64,000 nucleotides of DNA from Candidatus Latescibacterota bacterium (GTDB lineage Bacteria > Latescibacterota > UBA2968): assembly GCA_038279365.1 (NCBI GenBank), contig JAYODI010000008.1, forward strand, positions 32,001-96,000, written 5' to 3'. Below, piece by piece: positions 38,940 to 48,214 of the stretch. Every line of letters starts with the position of its first letter. The first letter of the stretch is position 1. The notes beneath the pieces were generated by a model that was not told the origin of the DNA, ran no database searches, and saw only the letters and a program-made list of their open reading frames with translations. A program made the translations under genes and the position numbers.

Positions 38940-39686
38940 ATGGCCCATCTAACACCTGAAGACAAAGCCTTTTTCAAAAAAAATGGCTACCTTGTGAAAC
39001 ACGACTTGCTCACCGACAAGCAATTAAACGACGCATTGGATGTGGTTTGGGATAACATAGACTGCGACCGCAACGATCCAAAAAGTTGGATCAATGCGGG
39101 CCCCAATCACCCAGCCATAGGCGCACACCCAGCCATACGATCCACACATTATGAAACCCCTCTTTTTGAAATGGCCGAAGAACTTGTTGGCAAGGGCAAG
39201 CTCAACAGCCATACAAATCCTGGCCCACATTTTCGTTATCCAACAGGGGAATCAGATTGGGAATTGCCCCGTCATGGACATCTCGATGGCTATTACACCC
39301 CCACCAACGGCGTGCCAGAAGGAACCGTAGGACGTTTTCAAGTCGGTGCATCCTTTTATCTAAACAACGTGGTTCACAAAGGTGGGGCCTTTACGGTGTG
39401 GCCAGGCACACACATCCAAGCAGGCGAATACTTCAAAACACACTCTTTGCTCAGTTTCAAGGGGGGCGATGCCAACAAAACCTTCACCATGCCAGACCCG
39501 GTCGAAATCACGGGTGGTCCGGGCACTGTTTGCTTTTGGCATGGCCAATTGATGCACACCGGTGCAAAAAACTGTGCTGAAGAAATTCGTATGGCACTCA
39601 TCACCCGCTTTAGCCGCAACGATATAAACGATATACTTTTCGAATTTCCCGAAGATATTTGGGCCTATTACGAAGGCATCAACTGA
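38940..39686 (+). CDS. Phytanoyl-CoA dioxygenase (PhyH)-family Fe(II)/2OG oxygenase
   Basis: FFKKNGYLV, HLD, GAFTVWPGTH, LMH, downstream Arg. Confidence 0.85.
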   Translation: MAHLTPEDKAFFKKNGYLVKHDLLTDKQLNDALDVVWDNIDCDRNDPKSWINAGPNHPAIGAHPAIRSTHYETPLFEMAEELVGKGKLNSHTNPGPHFRYPTGESDWELPRHGHLDGYYTPTNGVPEGTVGRFQVGASFYLNNVVHKGGAFTVWPGTHIQAGEYFKTHSLLSFKGGDANKTFTMPDPVEITGGPGTVCFWHGQLMHTGAKNCAEEIRMALITRFSRNDINDILFEFPEDIWAYYEGIN

Positions 39687-39760
39687 TGTCTTGCTTTACC
39701 AAAACCACCATCTAAAACATTAGAATTGTAAACTCCAATTCTCAACAGGAGCCATCCTTT

Positions 39761-40534
39761 ATGAACCTCAGTTTTAGTACTACAGCTTGCCCCAAAGCAG
39801 AACTTCCCGAAGCCTTAGAAATTTGTAAAGCTGCCGGATTTGACAAAATTGAATTGTTTCGCACCTGGACAGAGAGTTCACCCGTTCACGACAACACATC
39901 AGTGCCCATGGTGCGTGATCGCCTCAATCAGGCAGGGGTTACCCTCACAGGCTTAAACATTCGCAACATCACAGGCCGCAAAGCCGATTCAGATGAACGC
40001 GACTTAGGTTATAACCTTCGCCAAATCACTTGGGACATTCACCTTGCACGTGCCCTCCATCTCACGTCGGCCAACACCAAAGGTGGACAACGCACAGAAG
40101 AAGCCCTTGCTGACCTGATAGAGGGCGTTAATACCACCCTTGAACGCATGGAAAACTTCACACTCAACTTGGGCAATCACGCAGGCAACCGGCTCCAAGG
40201 GCTCGAAGACTATCAGGCCGTCATGCCCCATGTTCACGAACGTGCCAAAATCTTGCTCGACACCGGCCACTTACTCACCGCAGGTGAAGATATTTTACGT
40301 TTTGCAGAAACTTTTGCAGATCGCATTGGCTTGGTACACCTTCGCGACCAAAAAGGTGACACACCCGTACCCTTTGGTGAGGGAGATTTGCCATTTGAAG
40401 AACTCATCCAAATCCTCAAAGGTGTAGGGTATGATGGCACATTGGTCATTGAACTTGAAAAGATCACTTGGGGGGCCCCAGCAGAAGCCGCCGCCACAGC
40501 AAAAGCATACATTGAAAATCTTTTAGCCTCTTAA
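39761..40534 (+). CDS. Sugar-phosphate isomerase/epimerase (xylose isomerase-like TIM barrel)
   Basis: AAGFDKIEL, LDTGH, VHLRD, PFGEG, GYDGTLVIE. Confidence 0.85.
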   Translation: MNLSFSTTACPKAELPEALEICKAAGFDKIELFRTWTESSPVHDNTSVPMVRDRLNQAGVTLTGLNIRNITGRKADSDERDLGYNLRQITWDIHLARALHLTSANTKGGQRTEEALADLIEGVNTTLERMENFTLNLGNHAGNRLQGLEDYQAVMPHVHERAKILLDTGHLLTAGEDILRFAETFADRIGLVHLRDQKGDTPVPFGEGDLPFEELIQILKGVGYDGTLVIELEKITWGAPAEAAATAKAYIENLLAS

Positions 40535-40543
40535 AAATAACCT

Positions 40544-41791
40544 ATGGCCCATGCCCTCGGTCGTCATGTTCTGATCGAACTCCACGACTGCCAACAACAT
40601 CTCAATGACGTAACAGCCATTGAAACACACATGATTGCAGCCGCCCATGCTGCTGGTGCCACCGTCATCAACACCACCTTCCATCACTTTGCTCCCATGG
40701 GTGTATCGGGCGTGGTGGTCATTCAAGAAAGTCATTTGGCCATTCACACATGGCCAGAGCAGCGCTTTGCAGCCATAGATATTTTCACCTGTGGTCGCAA
40801 TATTGATCCTTGGCGTGCCGTCTCTTATCTAAAGCGTGCCTTTCAGGCACAAAGAGGAGATGCGCGCGAAATTCCAAGAGGAGAAGTGCCCAATACCCCA
40901 ACAGCCCCTTATCCTTCCGCCTCACAATCACACCCCATTCAACACAATCTTTGGTTTACCGAAAGATCTGACAACCTGGCACTCTCATTGCGCCACACGG
41001 GTGTGGCCTTTCAAACCCAGTCTCCCTACCAAAAAATAGAGGTGCTCAATACCGTAGGATATGGGCGAATGTTGGTGCTTGACGGACAAATTATGTGCAC
41101 CGAAAAAGACGAATGCGTGTATCATGAAATGCTTGTGCATGTACCCATCCTGTTGCACCCCGCCCCACAAAAAATACTCGTCATAGGTGGCGGTGATGGT
41201 GGTGCCGTTAGAGAACTGATACGCCATCAACACATCCAACATATCGACTTGGTCGAAATTGATGAGAGGGTGGTGCAAACCGCCCGCGATTATTTACCCA
41301 CTTTGTCCAACCAACTGGACAACAAACGCGTTCATATCCACATACAAGATGGCACACAATTTATTAAAACAGCACAAGAGCATACGTATGATATTATTCT
41401 CATAGATATCCCTGGCGAAGAAACATTACAATCTCAAAAATTCTACCAAGCCATCTATCGCGCACTTAAAGAAGATGGTATCATGGTGGCCCAAATTGCC
41501 CCGCCCGTATTCTTCAATCCCAATTTCCCCAAAACAATCCAAGCCCAACAACACGTTTTCCAAACCGTACATCCGTATTTTGCATTTATACCCACATACG
41601 CCACCGGCATGTTGAGTTTCTCATTGGCAAGTAAAAACCATATTCAACCCAACCCAATATTCGATGAACAAAAAGCACAGCAATTCACCGCCGCCCACCC
41701 ACTTCAATACTACACAACAGATATTCACAAAGCGAGTTTTGCAATTCCACCCTTTGTGCAAACCCTTTTGACTTCTGGAGAACCCTCTTGA
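40544..41791 (+). CDS. speD-speE: Fused S-adenosylmethionine decarboxylase proenzyme (SpeD) and aminopropyltransferase (SpeE)
   Basis: N-terminal: GRH, GVSGVVVIQESHLAIHTWPE, DIFTCG. C-terminal: SPYQKI, LVLDG, YHEML, ILVIGGGDGG, VEID. Confidence 0.92.
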   Translation: MAHALGRHVLIELHDCQQHLNDVTAIETHMIAAAHAAGATVINTTFHHFAPMGVSGVVVIQESHLAIHTWPEQRFAAIDIFTCGRNIDPWRAVSYLKRAFQAQRGDAREIPRGEVPNTPTAPYPSASQSHPIQHNLWFTERSDNLALSLRHTGVAFQTQSPYQKIEVLNTVGYGRMLVLDGQIMCTEKDECVYHEMLVHVPILLHPAPQKILVIGGGDGGAVRELIRHQHIQHIDLVEIDERVVQTARDYLPTLSNQLDNKRVHIHIQDGTQFIKTAQEHTYDIILIDIPGEETLQSQKFYQAIYRALKEDGIMVAQIAPPVFFNPNFPKTIQAQQHVFQTVHPYFAFIPTYATGMLSFSLASKNHIQPNPIFDEQKAQQFTAAHPLQYYTTDIHKASFAIPPFVQTLLTSGEPS

Positions 41792-42582
41792 AACTCACCT
41801 TTCTTGGAACTTGTAGTGGCACAGAACCGATGCCAGATCGTTTTCATACCTCTTATGTGATTGAACACAACGGTGGTGTTTATTGGTTTGATGCAGGCGA
41901 AGGATGCTCTTACAATGCCCATCTGTTGGGCATTGACATTCTCGCCATACAATCACTCTGTTTTTCACATTGCCACCTTGATCATGTGGGAGGGCTGGTT
42001 AACCTATTGGGAACCATTCGCAAACTTGAAGGCCGAAATGAAGACCCCACTCACAGCATTGCAGGACGAACCATTCCCGTTCGCATTCCCAATTTGCATG
42101 TATGGGAAGGTGCTCTGAGCGTACTTCAAGGCCCATCCAATTCGTGCCATCTCCCATTTGAAAGCGATGTTCAAACCTATTCAGATGGCGTCATATTGGA
42201 TCAAAACGGTCTCAAAGTGACGGCATTACACAACCGCCACCTTGGTGAACCACCACCAGGCACACCTTGGCAATCCTTCTCTTTTCGCATTGAAACAGCC
42301 ACGCACACCATCGTCTCATCAGGTGACATCAAACACGTCAGCGAAGTCGTTCCACTCATTGACAAAGGATGTGACCTTTTTCTTATGGAAACAGGCCACC
42401 ACCAAGTGGATGAAGTGTGTACCTACCTCATGGAAAACGATGTGCCATTTGGTCGTTTGGGATTTTTTCACCACGGACGAGCCATTCTCGCCGATCCACA
42501 AGGAGAATGTGCCAAAGCCCAAAGCATTGTTGGAGATCGCGTGTTTGTTGCCGATGACGGCATGGTTATTCATTTGACCTAA
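41788..42582 (+). CDS. Metallo-beta-lactamase fold hydrolase (RNase Z-like N-terminus)
   Basis: LTFLGT, FDAGEG, SHCHLDHVGG, SGD. Confidence 0.85.
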   Translation: MKLTFLGTCSGTEPMPDRFHTSYVIEHNGGVYWFDAGEGCSYNAHLLGIDILAIQSLCFSHCHLDHVGGLVNLLGTIRKLEGRNEDPTHSIAGRTIPVRIPNLHVWEGALSVLQGPSNSCHLPFESDVQTYSDGVILDQNGLKVTALHNRHLGEPPPGTPWQSFSFRIETATHTIVSSGDIKHVSEVVPLIDKGCDLFLMETGHHQVDEVCTYLMENDVPFGRLGFFHHGRAILADPQGECAKAQSIVGDRVFVADDGMVIHLT

Positions 42583-42722
42583 CAACAAGCTCTTGGCCAT
42601 CATTGTGATGCTTTTTATAAATCTCACCACGATCACAACATATGTTTTATGTCTGCTTGACACCATCTGTTGCGGAAGGTATTTTTCAACAGTTAAACAG
42701 ATCACTCACAAGGGGACATCTT

Positions 42723-42980
42723 ATGACAGCCACCCACGTAGCGACCTTAAAAGAAACGCTTCAAAACATGTTTGAAGCCATTGAAAAAAAAGAGAACATT
42801 GCCGAACACATTTTAAAACTTGATGCGATCCAAAAAGAAGTCGCAAACAGTGCCCCCGCACAACTGCGTCACTTTCTTGAGCGCCGCAGCTACACCAAAG
42901 CGCTCGAATATCTCCAAACGGGCATTGTTATTGATGACCCCAACAGACCCGATTGTGAAGATGATGCGCACCCACATTGA
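42723..42980 (+). CDS. Small hypothetical protein
   Basis: AGGGG SD and an upstream TTGACA-17-TATTTT; helical sequence with QLRHFLERRSYTKALEYL. Confidence 0.75.
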   Translation: MTATHVATLKETLQNMFEAIEKKENIAEHILKLDAIQKEVANSAPAQLRHFLERRSYTKALEYLQTGIVIDDPNRPDCEDDAHPH

Positions 42981-43031
42981 TCTTTTCCTATCTGTGCATT
43001 TTTAAATTTCCCCATCCTTGAGGAGTATGCC

Positions 43032-43337
43032 ATGCCTATCCAAACGCGCACCGATGTAAAAGGCCTGTCAAAATATTTTTTAGCCGACGGAGCTACCAAC
43101 GACAAATTGCGCCTCCATATATCAGAAGTTGGCCCCGAACAACGCTCTCACCCACCGCACACCCATGAAGGGCAAGAAATATTCTATATCCTTCAAGGAC
43201 AAGGCGAGGTTGAAGTGGCTGACGAAACGTTCCTCGTCAACGAAGGCGAAGCCCTACAAGTGGATTGCCAAATTCCACACGGCATCAAAAATGCAGGCAG
43301 TGGCAACATGAAATATGCGGTTATTATTGCCAAATAA
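43032..43337 (+). CDS. Cupin domain protein
   Basis: HPPHTHEGQEIFYILQGQG...PHGIKN. Confidence 0.9.
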   Translation: MPIQTRTDVKGLSKYFLADGATNDKLRLHISEVGPEQRSHPPHTHEGQEIFYILQGQGEVEVADETFLVNEGEALQVDCQIPHGIKNAGSGNMKYAVIIAK

Positions 43338-43377
43338 CGATTCAATCTCAAACAAAATCCATCAGAGAGGATGGTTC

Positions 43378-44145
43378 ATGATCAACAGCATCCGAGAACG
43401 CATACTCAACCGCGAGCTCTTGACGGGCACATTTTTGAGTTTGGGAAACAGCATCACCGTAGAAATAGCGGGCAACAGCGGTTTCGATTGGCTCTTACTC
43501 GATGTGGAACACGGCAGTGGCAGTCATTCTCACCTGATTCATCAAATCCAAGCCACCGGTGCCACACCTGCAGCACCTTTTGTGCGCATCGAAGACAACC
43601 AAACCGCTCGTTTTAAACGCGTGCTCGATTTGGGTGCATCTGGCATCATGATTCCTTACGTGCGCAGTGTTGAAGATGCCGAACAAGCCGTTTCGGCCAT
43701 GCGTTATCCCCCAAGAGGAATTCGCGGTGTTGCCAAACTCAGCCGAGGATCGGGTTTTGGTGCCAATTTTGAAACATACTTTGAAAAAGGGCACGAACTG
43801 CTCACCACCGTCATTCAAATTGAAACAGCAGAAGCCCTCAAAGATATCGATCGTATTGCCGCCGTTGATGGCGTAGATGTACTTTTTGTTGGCCCAATGG
43901 ATCTCACCGTGAATATGGGGATTAGAGAACAATTTGATCACCCAGATTACATCACTGCCAGAAAAAAAATCGCCGACACCGCCAAAAATGCAGGCAAAGC
44001 CGCAGGTATCCTGCTACAAAATACCGACCAAATACCCGAAGCCATTGAACAGGGGTATACATTTGTCGCTATCGGATCAGATATTGCGTTGGTCAATGCA
44101 GGCATGCGCCAACTCTCATCAGCCTTCGACACCTATCGAAAATAA
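43378..44145 (+). CDS. HpcH/HpaI-family class II pyruvate aldolase
   Basis: GFDWLLLDVEHG, YPPRGIRG, QIET, LFVGPMDL, IGSD. Confidence 0.92.
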   Translation: MINSIRERILNRELLTGTFLSLGNSITVEIAGNSGFDWLLLDVEHGSGSHSHLIHQIQATGATPAAPFVRIEDNQTARFKRVLDLGASGIMIPYVRSVEDAEQAVSAMRYPPRGIRGVAKLSRGSGFGANFETYFEKGHELLTTVIQIETAEALKDIDRIAAVDGVDVLFVGPMDLTVNMGIREQFDHPDYITARKKIADTAKNAGKAAGILLQNTDQIPEAIEQGYTFVAIGSDIALVNAGMRQLSSAFDTYRK

Positions 44146-44148
44146 ACC

Positions 44149-45261
44149 ATGTCACAAACTTTTGATGTGATCATCATTGGTGGAGGAGCCATCGGTTGTA
44201 CAACCGCCTATTTCCTTACAGAAAAAGGCCTCAGCGTTGCCTTATTTGACAAAGGAAAACTTGGCCATGAAGCATCATGGGCATCTGCTGGAATGATTGG
44301 GCCTGCTTCTGCTCCAGGTATTCCGTGGTATCAAGAAACAACCACCTTATCCAAACAGCTTTACGATGAACTCGATCAGCGTCTATTCGGCATCACCGGT
44401 CGCAAAATAGGTTATGGTGGTCAAGGCATGCTCACCATTGCCACCAACGAACAAGAAGCACACATCCTACGCAGAGAAATTGCACACTTACAATCGTCTC
44501 ACATTTCAGCCGAATTGCTAACCGGTCAAGAAGCACAAAAACAAGAGCCCGCTCTGCCACAAGAAACCATTGCTGCCATTTGGCTCAAAGACAATCGCTA
44601 TCTTGATGCAAGAACTTATACCGAAGTTATTGCTCAGGCCGCGTTTCTGCAAAGTGCTCAGTTTTTTTCTGGGCACCCCATTCAGAGACTTCTGCGAGAT
44701 AAAAACACCGTCATTGGCGTTCAAACCCATACAGAATCATTCTATGCCCAAACAGTCATCAATTCCGCAGGCGCTTGGGCGGGGCAAATAGATGCCCAAC
44801 TTACCCTCCCAATTGAGCCCTTACACGGTCAAATCATGGCCTTATCCCCACCCGCTTGTGGGTTGCGTCACAACATCATGAAAGCAAACACCTGGGGGTA
44901 TGCAACCCCACGAGATGATGGACGCGTGCTCATTGGGGCCACAGAAGACGAATGGGGCTATCAAAAAAAAATCACCCCCGATGGTCTTTCGCTTCTGGGG
45001 GCGATTATACGCAATATTCTGCCGTGTCTTAAGGCTTGTGAAGTCATCGATATTTGGTCGGGTTTACGTCCTGCATCTCCCGACGGTCTGCCCACCATCG
45101 GCCCAGATCCCAGGTTAGATGGCGGGTATTTGTGGGCCGCTGGGCATACGGCCTCAGGCATGATGCAAGCTCCCGCTACTGCCGTTGTTCTCACCGATTT
45201 GGTCTTAGGTGTTCAACCGCGTATCAACACCCATCAGGTTCGTGTAGATCGTTTTTTATAA
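44149..45261 (+). CDS. FAD-dependent D-amino-acid/glycine oxidase (ThiO/DadA family)
   Basis: IIGGGAIG, ASWASAGMI, AGAW, WSGLRP, PDGLP, GH. Confidence 0.88.
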   Translation: MSQTFDVIIIGGGAIGCTTAYFLTEKGLSVALFDKGKLGHEASWASAGMIGPASAPGIPWYQETTTLSKQLYDELDQRLFGITGRKIGYGGQGMLTIATNEQEAHILRREIAHLQSSHISAELLTGQEAQKQEPALPQETIAAIWLKDNRYLDARTYTEVIAQAAFLQSAQFFSGHPIQRLLRDKNTVIGVQTHTESFYAQTVINSAGAWAGQIDAQLTLPIEPLHGQIMALSPPACGLRHNIMKANTWGYATPRDDGRVLIGATEDEWGYQKKITPDGLSLLGAIIRNILPCLKACEVIDIWSGLRPASPDGLPTIGPDPRLDGGYLWAAGHTASGMMQAPATAVVLTDLVLGVQPRINTHQVRVDRFL

Positions 45262-45269
45262 AAGGGATC

Positions 45270-46412
45270 TTATTCAAACGCTTTGTGCAAACGATCCATA
45301 ATATGCATCAACAAATTTTGTGTTGTTTCTTCAAAGTCTGTATTTTCATAAGCCAAAATTTTATGCTCTTTACCAATAGACAAAATATGTTGTTGAATTT
45401 GTAAAATGGTGTCTATATTTTCAATATAACGATGTGCTGAACGTTTTTCCGCCTCCAGACCACGTCGCTTAAAACGTTCGGCATAGTGTTTCGCGTCTTC
45501 AATGTACAAATTGACCCAAACAAAAACAGCATCATTCAAAAAAGGTTTGAGATCGATTAAGTCAGGCAAGAGGTGAACGCCATCAATAATAATACTGTCA
45601 TTTTCTTCTAATGCGCGTTCAACAATGGCTTTGACTCCCACACCAACGCGCATAACCTGTTCTCTAAAGGCCGCAATGACAGGATGGGGATCCCCTACAG
45701 AAACAGCCCCCGCAACTTTCCAAGCCGTATAAGAGGAAGCATGAATAGCCGGCATGAGATCTGGCGAAATCATCAAGCGCATAATTTGCCGAATCGCATC
45801 GGTTGATACCACACGCGAAATACGAAGCTGATTGGCCAATGCAACACTCACAGATGTTTTACCAACACCACTAGCTCCCCCAATCAAAACAACCAAAGGT
45901 TTGTGGCGATCTTCATTTCGAAAGCGAAACCATGTGCGATAGCGTTCTACAAACGCTTCACCACCTTCCTTTTTGAGCAATTGCGTAATGCGCTTAACCA
46001 AATTTTTTCGAGCAATCTCTTCTTGATCAGTACTTAACAAATCGACTTTCACACGCCGAGCAATTTCATGAGCCAAGTCGTGGTCTAAACCTGTTGCATG
46101 CAACGAATCGGCCAACCGCTCCTGAGAAAAAAGTGTGCGATTTTCACCATCTTCTACAAATATTTGTCGGGCAGTGGGTTCCCAAAACACACCATCGCCA
46201 ACAGCGCGCGCACCAAACTCTTTGGTGGCAAAAGTGCGCACCATTTCAGCCATCTCTTTGGCGGGTATGTCTTTCACCTTCTGCAAACCACGGCGCACAC
46301 GATCTGCAACACCATAGGCTTCTTGAAATGTGAACCCATGTTCAATGAGATAATGTGCCAACATGCCACGTAAAAAAGGAATGCGCTTCTTACCATCAAC
46401 AATGGTGGCCAA
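45270..46412 (-). CDS. 2-phosphoglycerate kinase-like P-loop kinase with two N-terminal ATP-cone-like repeats
   Basis: IPFLRGML and FSQERLADSL...GL repeats; LIGGASGVGKT, VVSTDAIRQIMR, IHASSY, IIDGVHLLP. Confidence 0.85.
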   Translation of the reverse strand: MATIVDGKKRIPFLRGMLAHYLIEHGFTFQEAYGVADRVRRGLQKVKDIPAKEMAEMVRTFATKEFGARAVGDGVFWEPTARQIFVEDGENRTLFSQERLADSLHATGLDHDLAHEIARRVKVDLLSTDQEEIARKNLVKRITQLLKKEGGEAFVERYRTWFRFRNEDRHKPLVVLIGGASGVGKTSVSVALANQLRISRVVSTDAIRQIMRLMISPDLMPAIHASSYTAWKVAGAVSVGDPHPVIAAFREQVMRVGVGVKAIVERALEENDSIIIDGVHLLPDLIDLKPFLNDAVFVWVNLYIEDAKHYAERFKRRGLEAEKRSAHRYIENIDTILQIQQHILSIGKEHKILAYENTDFEETTQNLLMHIMDRLHKAFE

Positions 46413-46513
46413 TAGGGTTCTCCTTAAAAGATAAAATTGCTAATTATATCCTTTAATTTTAAGCCTGTTATAAAATTCAGTCAAGCAACCGCAGTTCTCC
46501 AATGGAGTCTGGT

Positions 46514-47209
46514 ATGAAATCAAGTCAAACATTGTGGCTCACCCTCTCACTATTCTTCATACTTTGTCTCTCTTCGGTTCAAGCAGACACTATCAGAACA
46601 CAGAGCTTGGGAGAAATTGGTGGTGGAATATTTATTCCAACAGGATCTGATGCCAATATTGCACGCAACAGTCCTATGTTATTCATAAACGGAAGTGTTC
46701 TTATAACAAACCGCTTTGGTTTTGAAAGCGAACTCCATTATGTACCCATTTTGTTAGAAAAAAATGTATTAACCACATCGGCACATCGAAAAGCGTCACA
46801 ACTTGCACTCTTAGGTGGCCTACGCGCAACAACCAGCCGCATTGCTCCCATGCCAAAACAACTCATTGGTTACGCATCAGCACGTATCGGTTTTGCCCGT
46901 ATTACCGTGCGTTCCGACAGCACGGGTTTTGCTGGAGGGTGGATTGGTCGCCCCATTGATCAAATCCAAAATCCGCAGTTGGTCACAGATCCATTTACGG
47001 GCTTGCAATTTCCACAAATTACAAGACCACAAATTACCCGCCAAAAAGGCCTAGTGCTTTCCCCCAAAATAGGTACCCTTTTGCGACTCACCAAACGGTC
47101 ATTTATCGATATGGCATTCACGCCCCTGTTTATTTTTGACCGTGGCGACATCACCACCCAATATTACTTCACTATAAGTTATGGACTTTCATCACAAAGT
47201 TCTTTTTAA
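46514..47209 (+). CDS. Secreted hypothetical protein, possible outer-membrane beta-barrel
   Basis: Signal peptide ending VQA, alternating beta-strand patterns, C-terminal Phe. Confidence 0.6.
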   Translation: MKSSQTLWLTLSLFFILCLSSVQADTIRTQSLGEIGGGIFIPTGSDANIARNSPMLFINGSVLITNRFGFESELHYVPILLEKNVLTTSAHRKASQLALLGGLRATTSRIAPMPKQLIGYASARIGFARITVRSDSTGFAGGWIGRPIDQIQNPQLVTDPFTGLQFPQITRPQITRQKGLVLSPKIGTLLRLTKRSFIDMAFTPLFIFDRGDITTQYYFTISYGLSSQSSF

Positions 47210-47218
47210 GGATGCAAC

Positions 47219-48214
47219 ATGCGGTTAAGAATAGGACAAATTGGCACGGATGGACATCAAAACATGGTGCTCAATGGCATCTCAAAAATTGAAGGTGCAC
47301 AATTGGTGGCTTGTGCCAAAGGCCATTCAGAAGATGTTCTTGAAAAAATAAAAAAACACGAGGCCTTCACCTCTCAAACTCAGGTCTACGATCATTTTGA
47401 AGACATGATCGAAAAAGAAGAACTCGACTTGGTAAGCATTTGTCGGCCCTATTCCTTAAATGCAGAAGCCGCCATTTATGTGGCACAAAAAGGCATCGAC
47501 ATTGTTTGTGAAAAACCCGTGGCCACCACCCTATCAGATCTCGACCTGCTCGAAAAAACAGTTTTGAGCCAAAAAATACGCCTCACGGCTATGTTTGGCA
47601 TGCGTCTTTCCCCAGCATTTCGGGCTGCAAAAAAAGCAGTTATGGAAGGACTCATTGGCCAACCCATTCTCGCAACCGGACAAAAATCGTATAAGTTTGG
47701 CACACGCCCTGCATTCTTTAAGCAACGCGAAACCTATGGTGGCACCATTCCTTGGGTTGCCATTCATGCCATTGATTACACCCGATGGGTTTCAGGCTTG
47801 GAATATACCCAAGTGGCCGCGTTACACGGCAACCTCAATCACCCAACTTACCCTGGATGCGAAGATCAAGGCGGCATACTCTTTCGGTTTGAAAATGGCG
47901 GTACAGCCATGATCAATCTCGATTATTTGCGCCCTTCAACTGCCCCCACTCATGGTGATGACCGATTGCGCATTGCAGGAACAGAAGGCGTCATTGAAGT
48001 AACCGACTGTGGTACACGTACCCATCTCATAAGAGAAGGTGATGCCCCCCGTGACCTTTCTTTAGAACCAGAAGAAGACTTTTTGGTCAACCTTTATCAA
48101 GAACGCATTGGCAAAGCCCAACATATCGTAGGCCCCAACGAAGCCATCAGGGTAACACGCATTTGTTTGTTGGCTCGAGAAGCTGCCGATACACAACAAA
48201 TTTTGCCCCTCTAA
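47219..48214 (+). CDS. Gfo/Idh/MocA family oxidoreductase
   Basis: RIGQIG, CEKP, GGTIPWVAIHAID, IAGTEG. Confidence 0.92.
   Translation: MRLRIGQIGTDGHQNMVLNGISKIEGAQLVACAKGHSEDVLEKIKKHEAFTSQTQVYDHFEDMIEKEELDLVSICRPYSLNAEAAIYVAQKGIDIVCEKPVATTLSDLDLLEKTVLSQKIRLTAMFGMRLSPAFRAAKKAVMEGLIGQPILATGQKSYKFGTRPAFFKQRETYGGTIPWVAIHAIDYTRWVSGLEYTQVAALHGNLNHPTYPGCEDQGGILFRFENGGTAMINLDYLRPSTAPTHGDDRLRIAGTEGVIEVTDCGTRTHLIREGDAPRDLSLEPEEDFLVNLYQERIGKAQHIVGPNEAIRVTRICLLAREAADTQQILPL

Noticed and set aside
44149-45261. Calling this gene thiO
   Set aside because: The family fits, but no thiamine genes or TPP riboswitch are adjacent, so the symbol was withheld.
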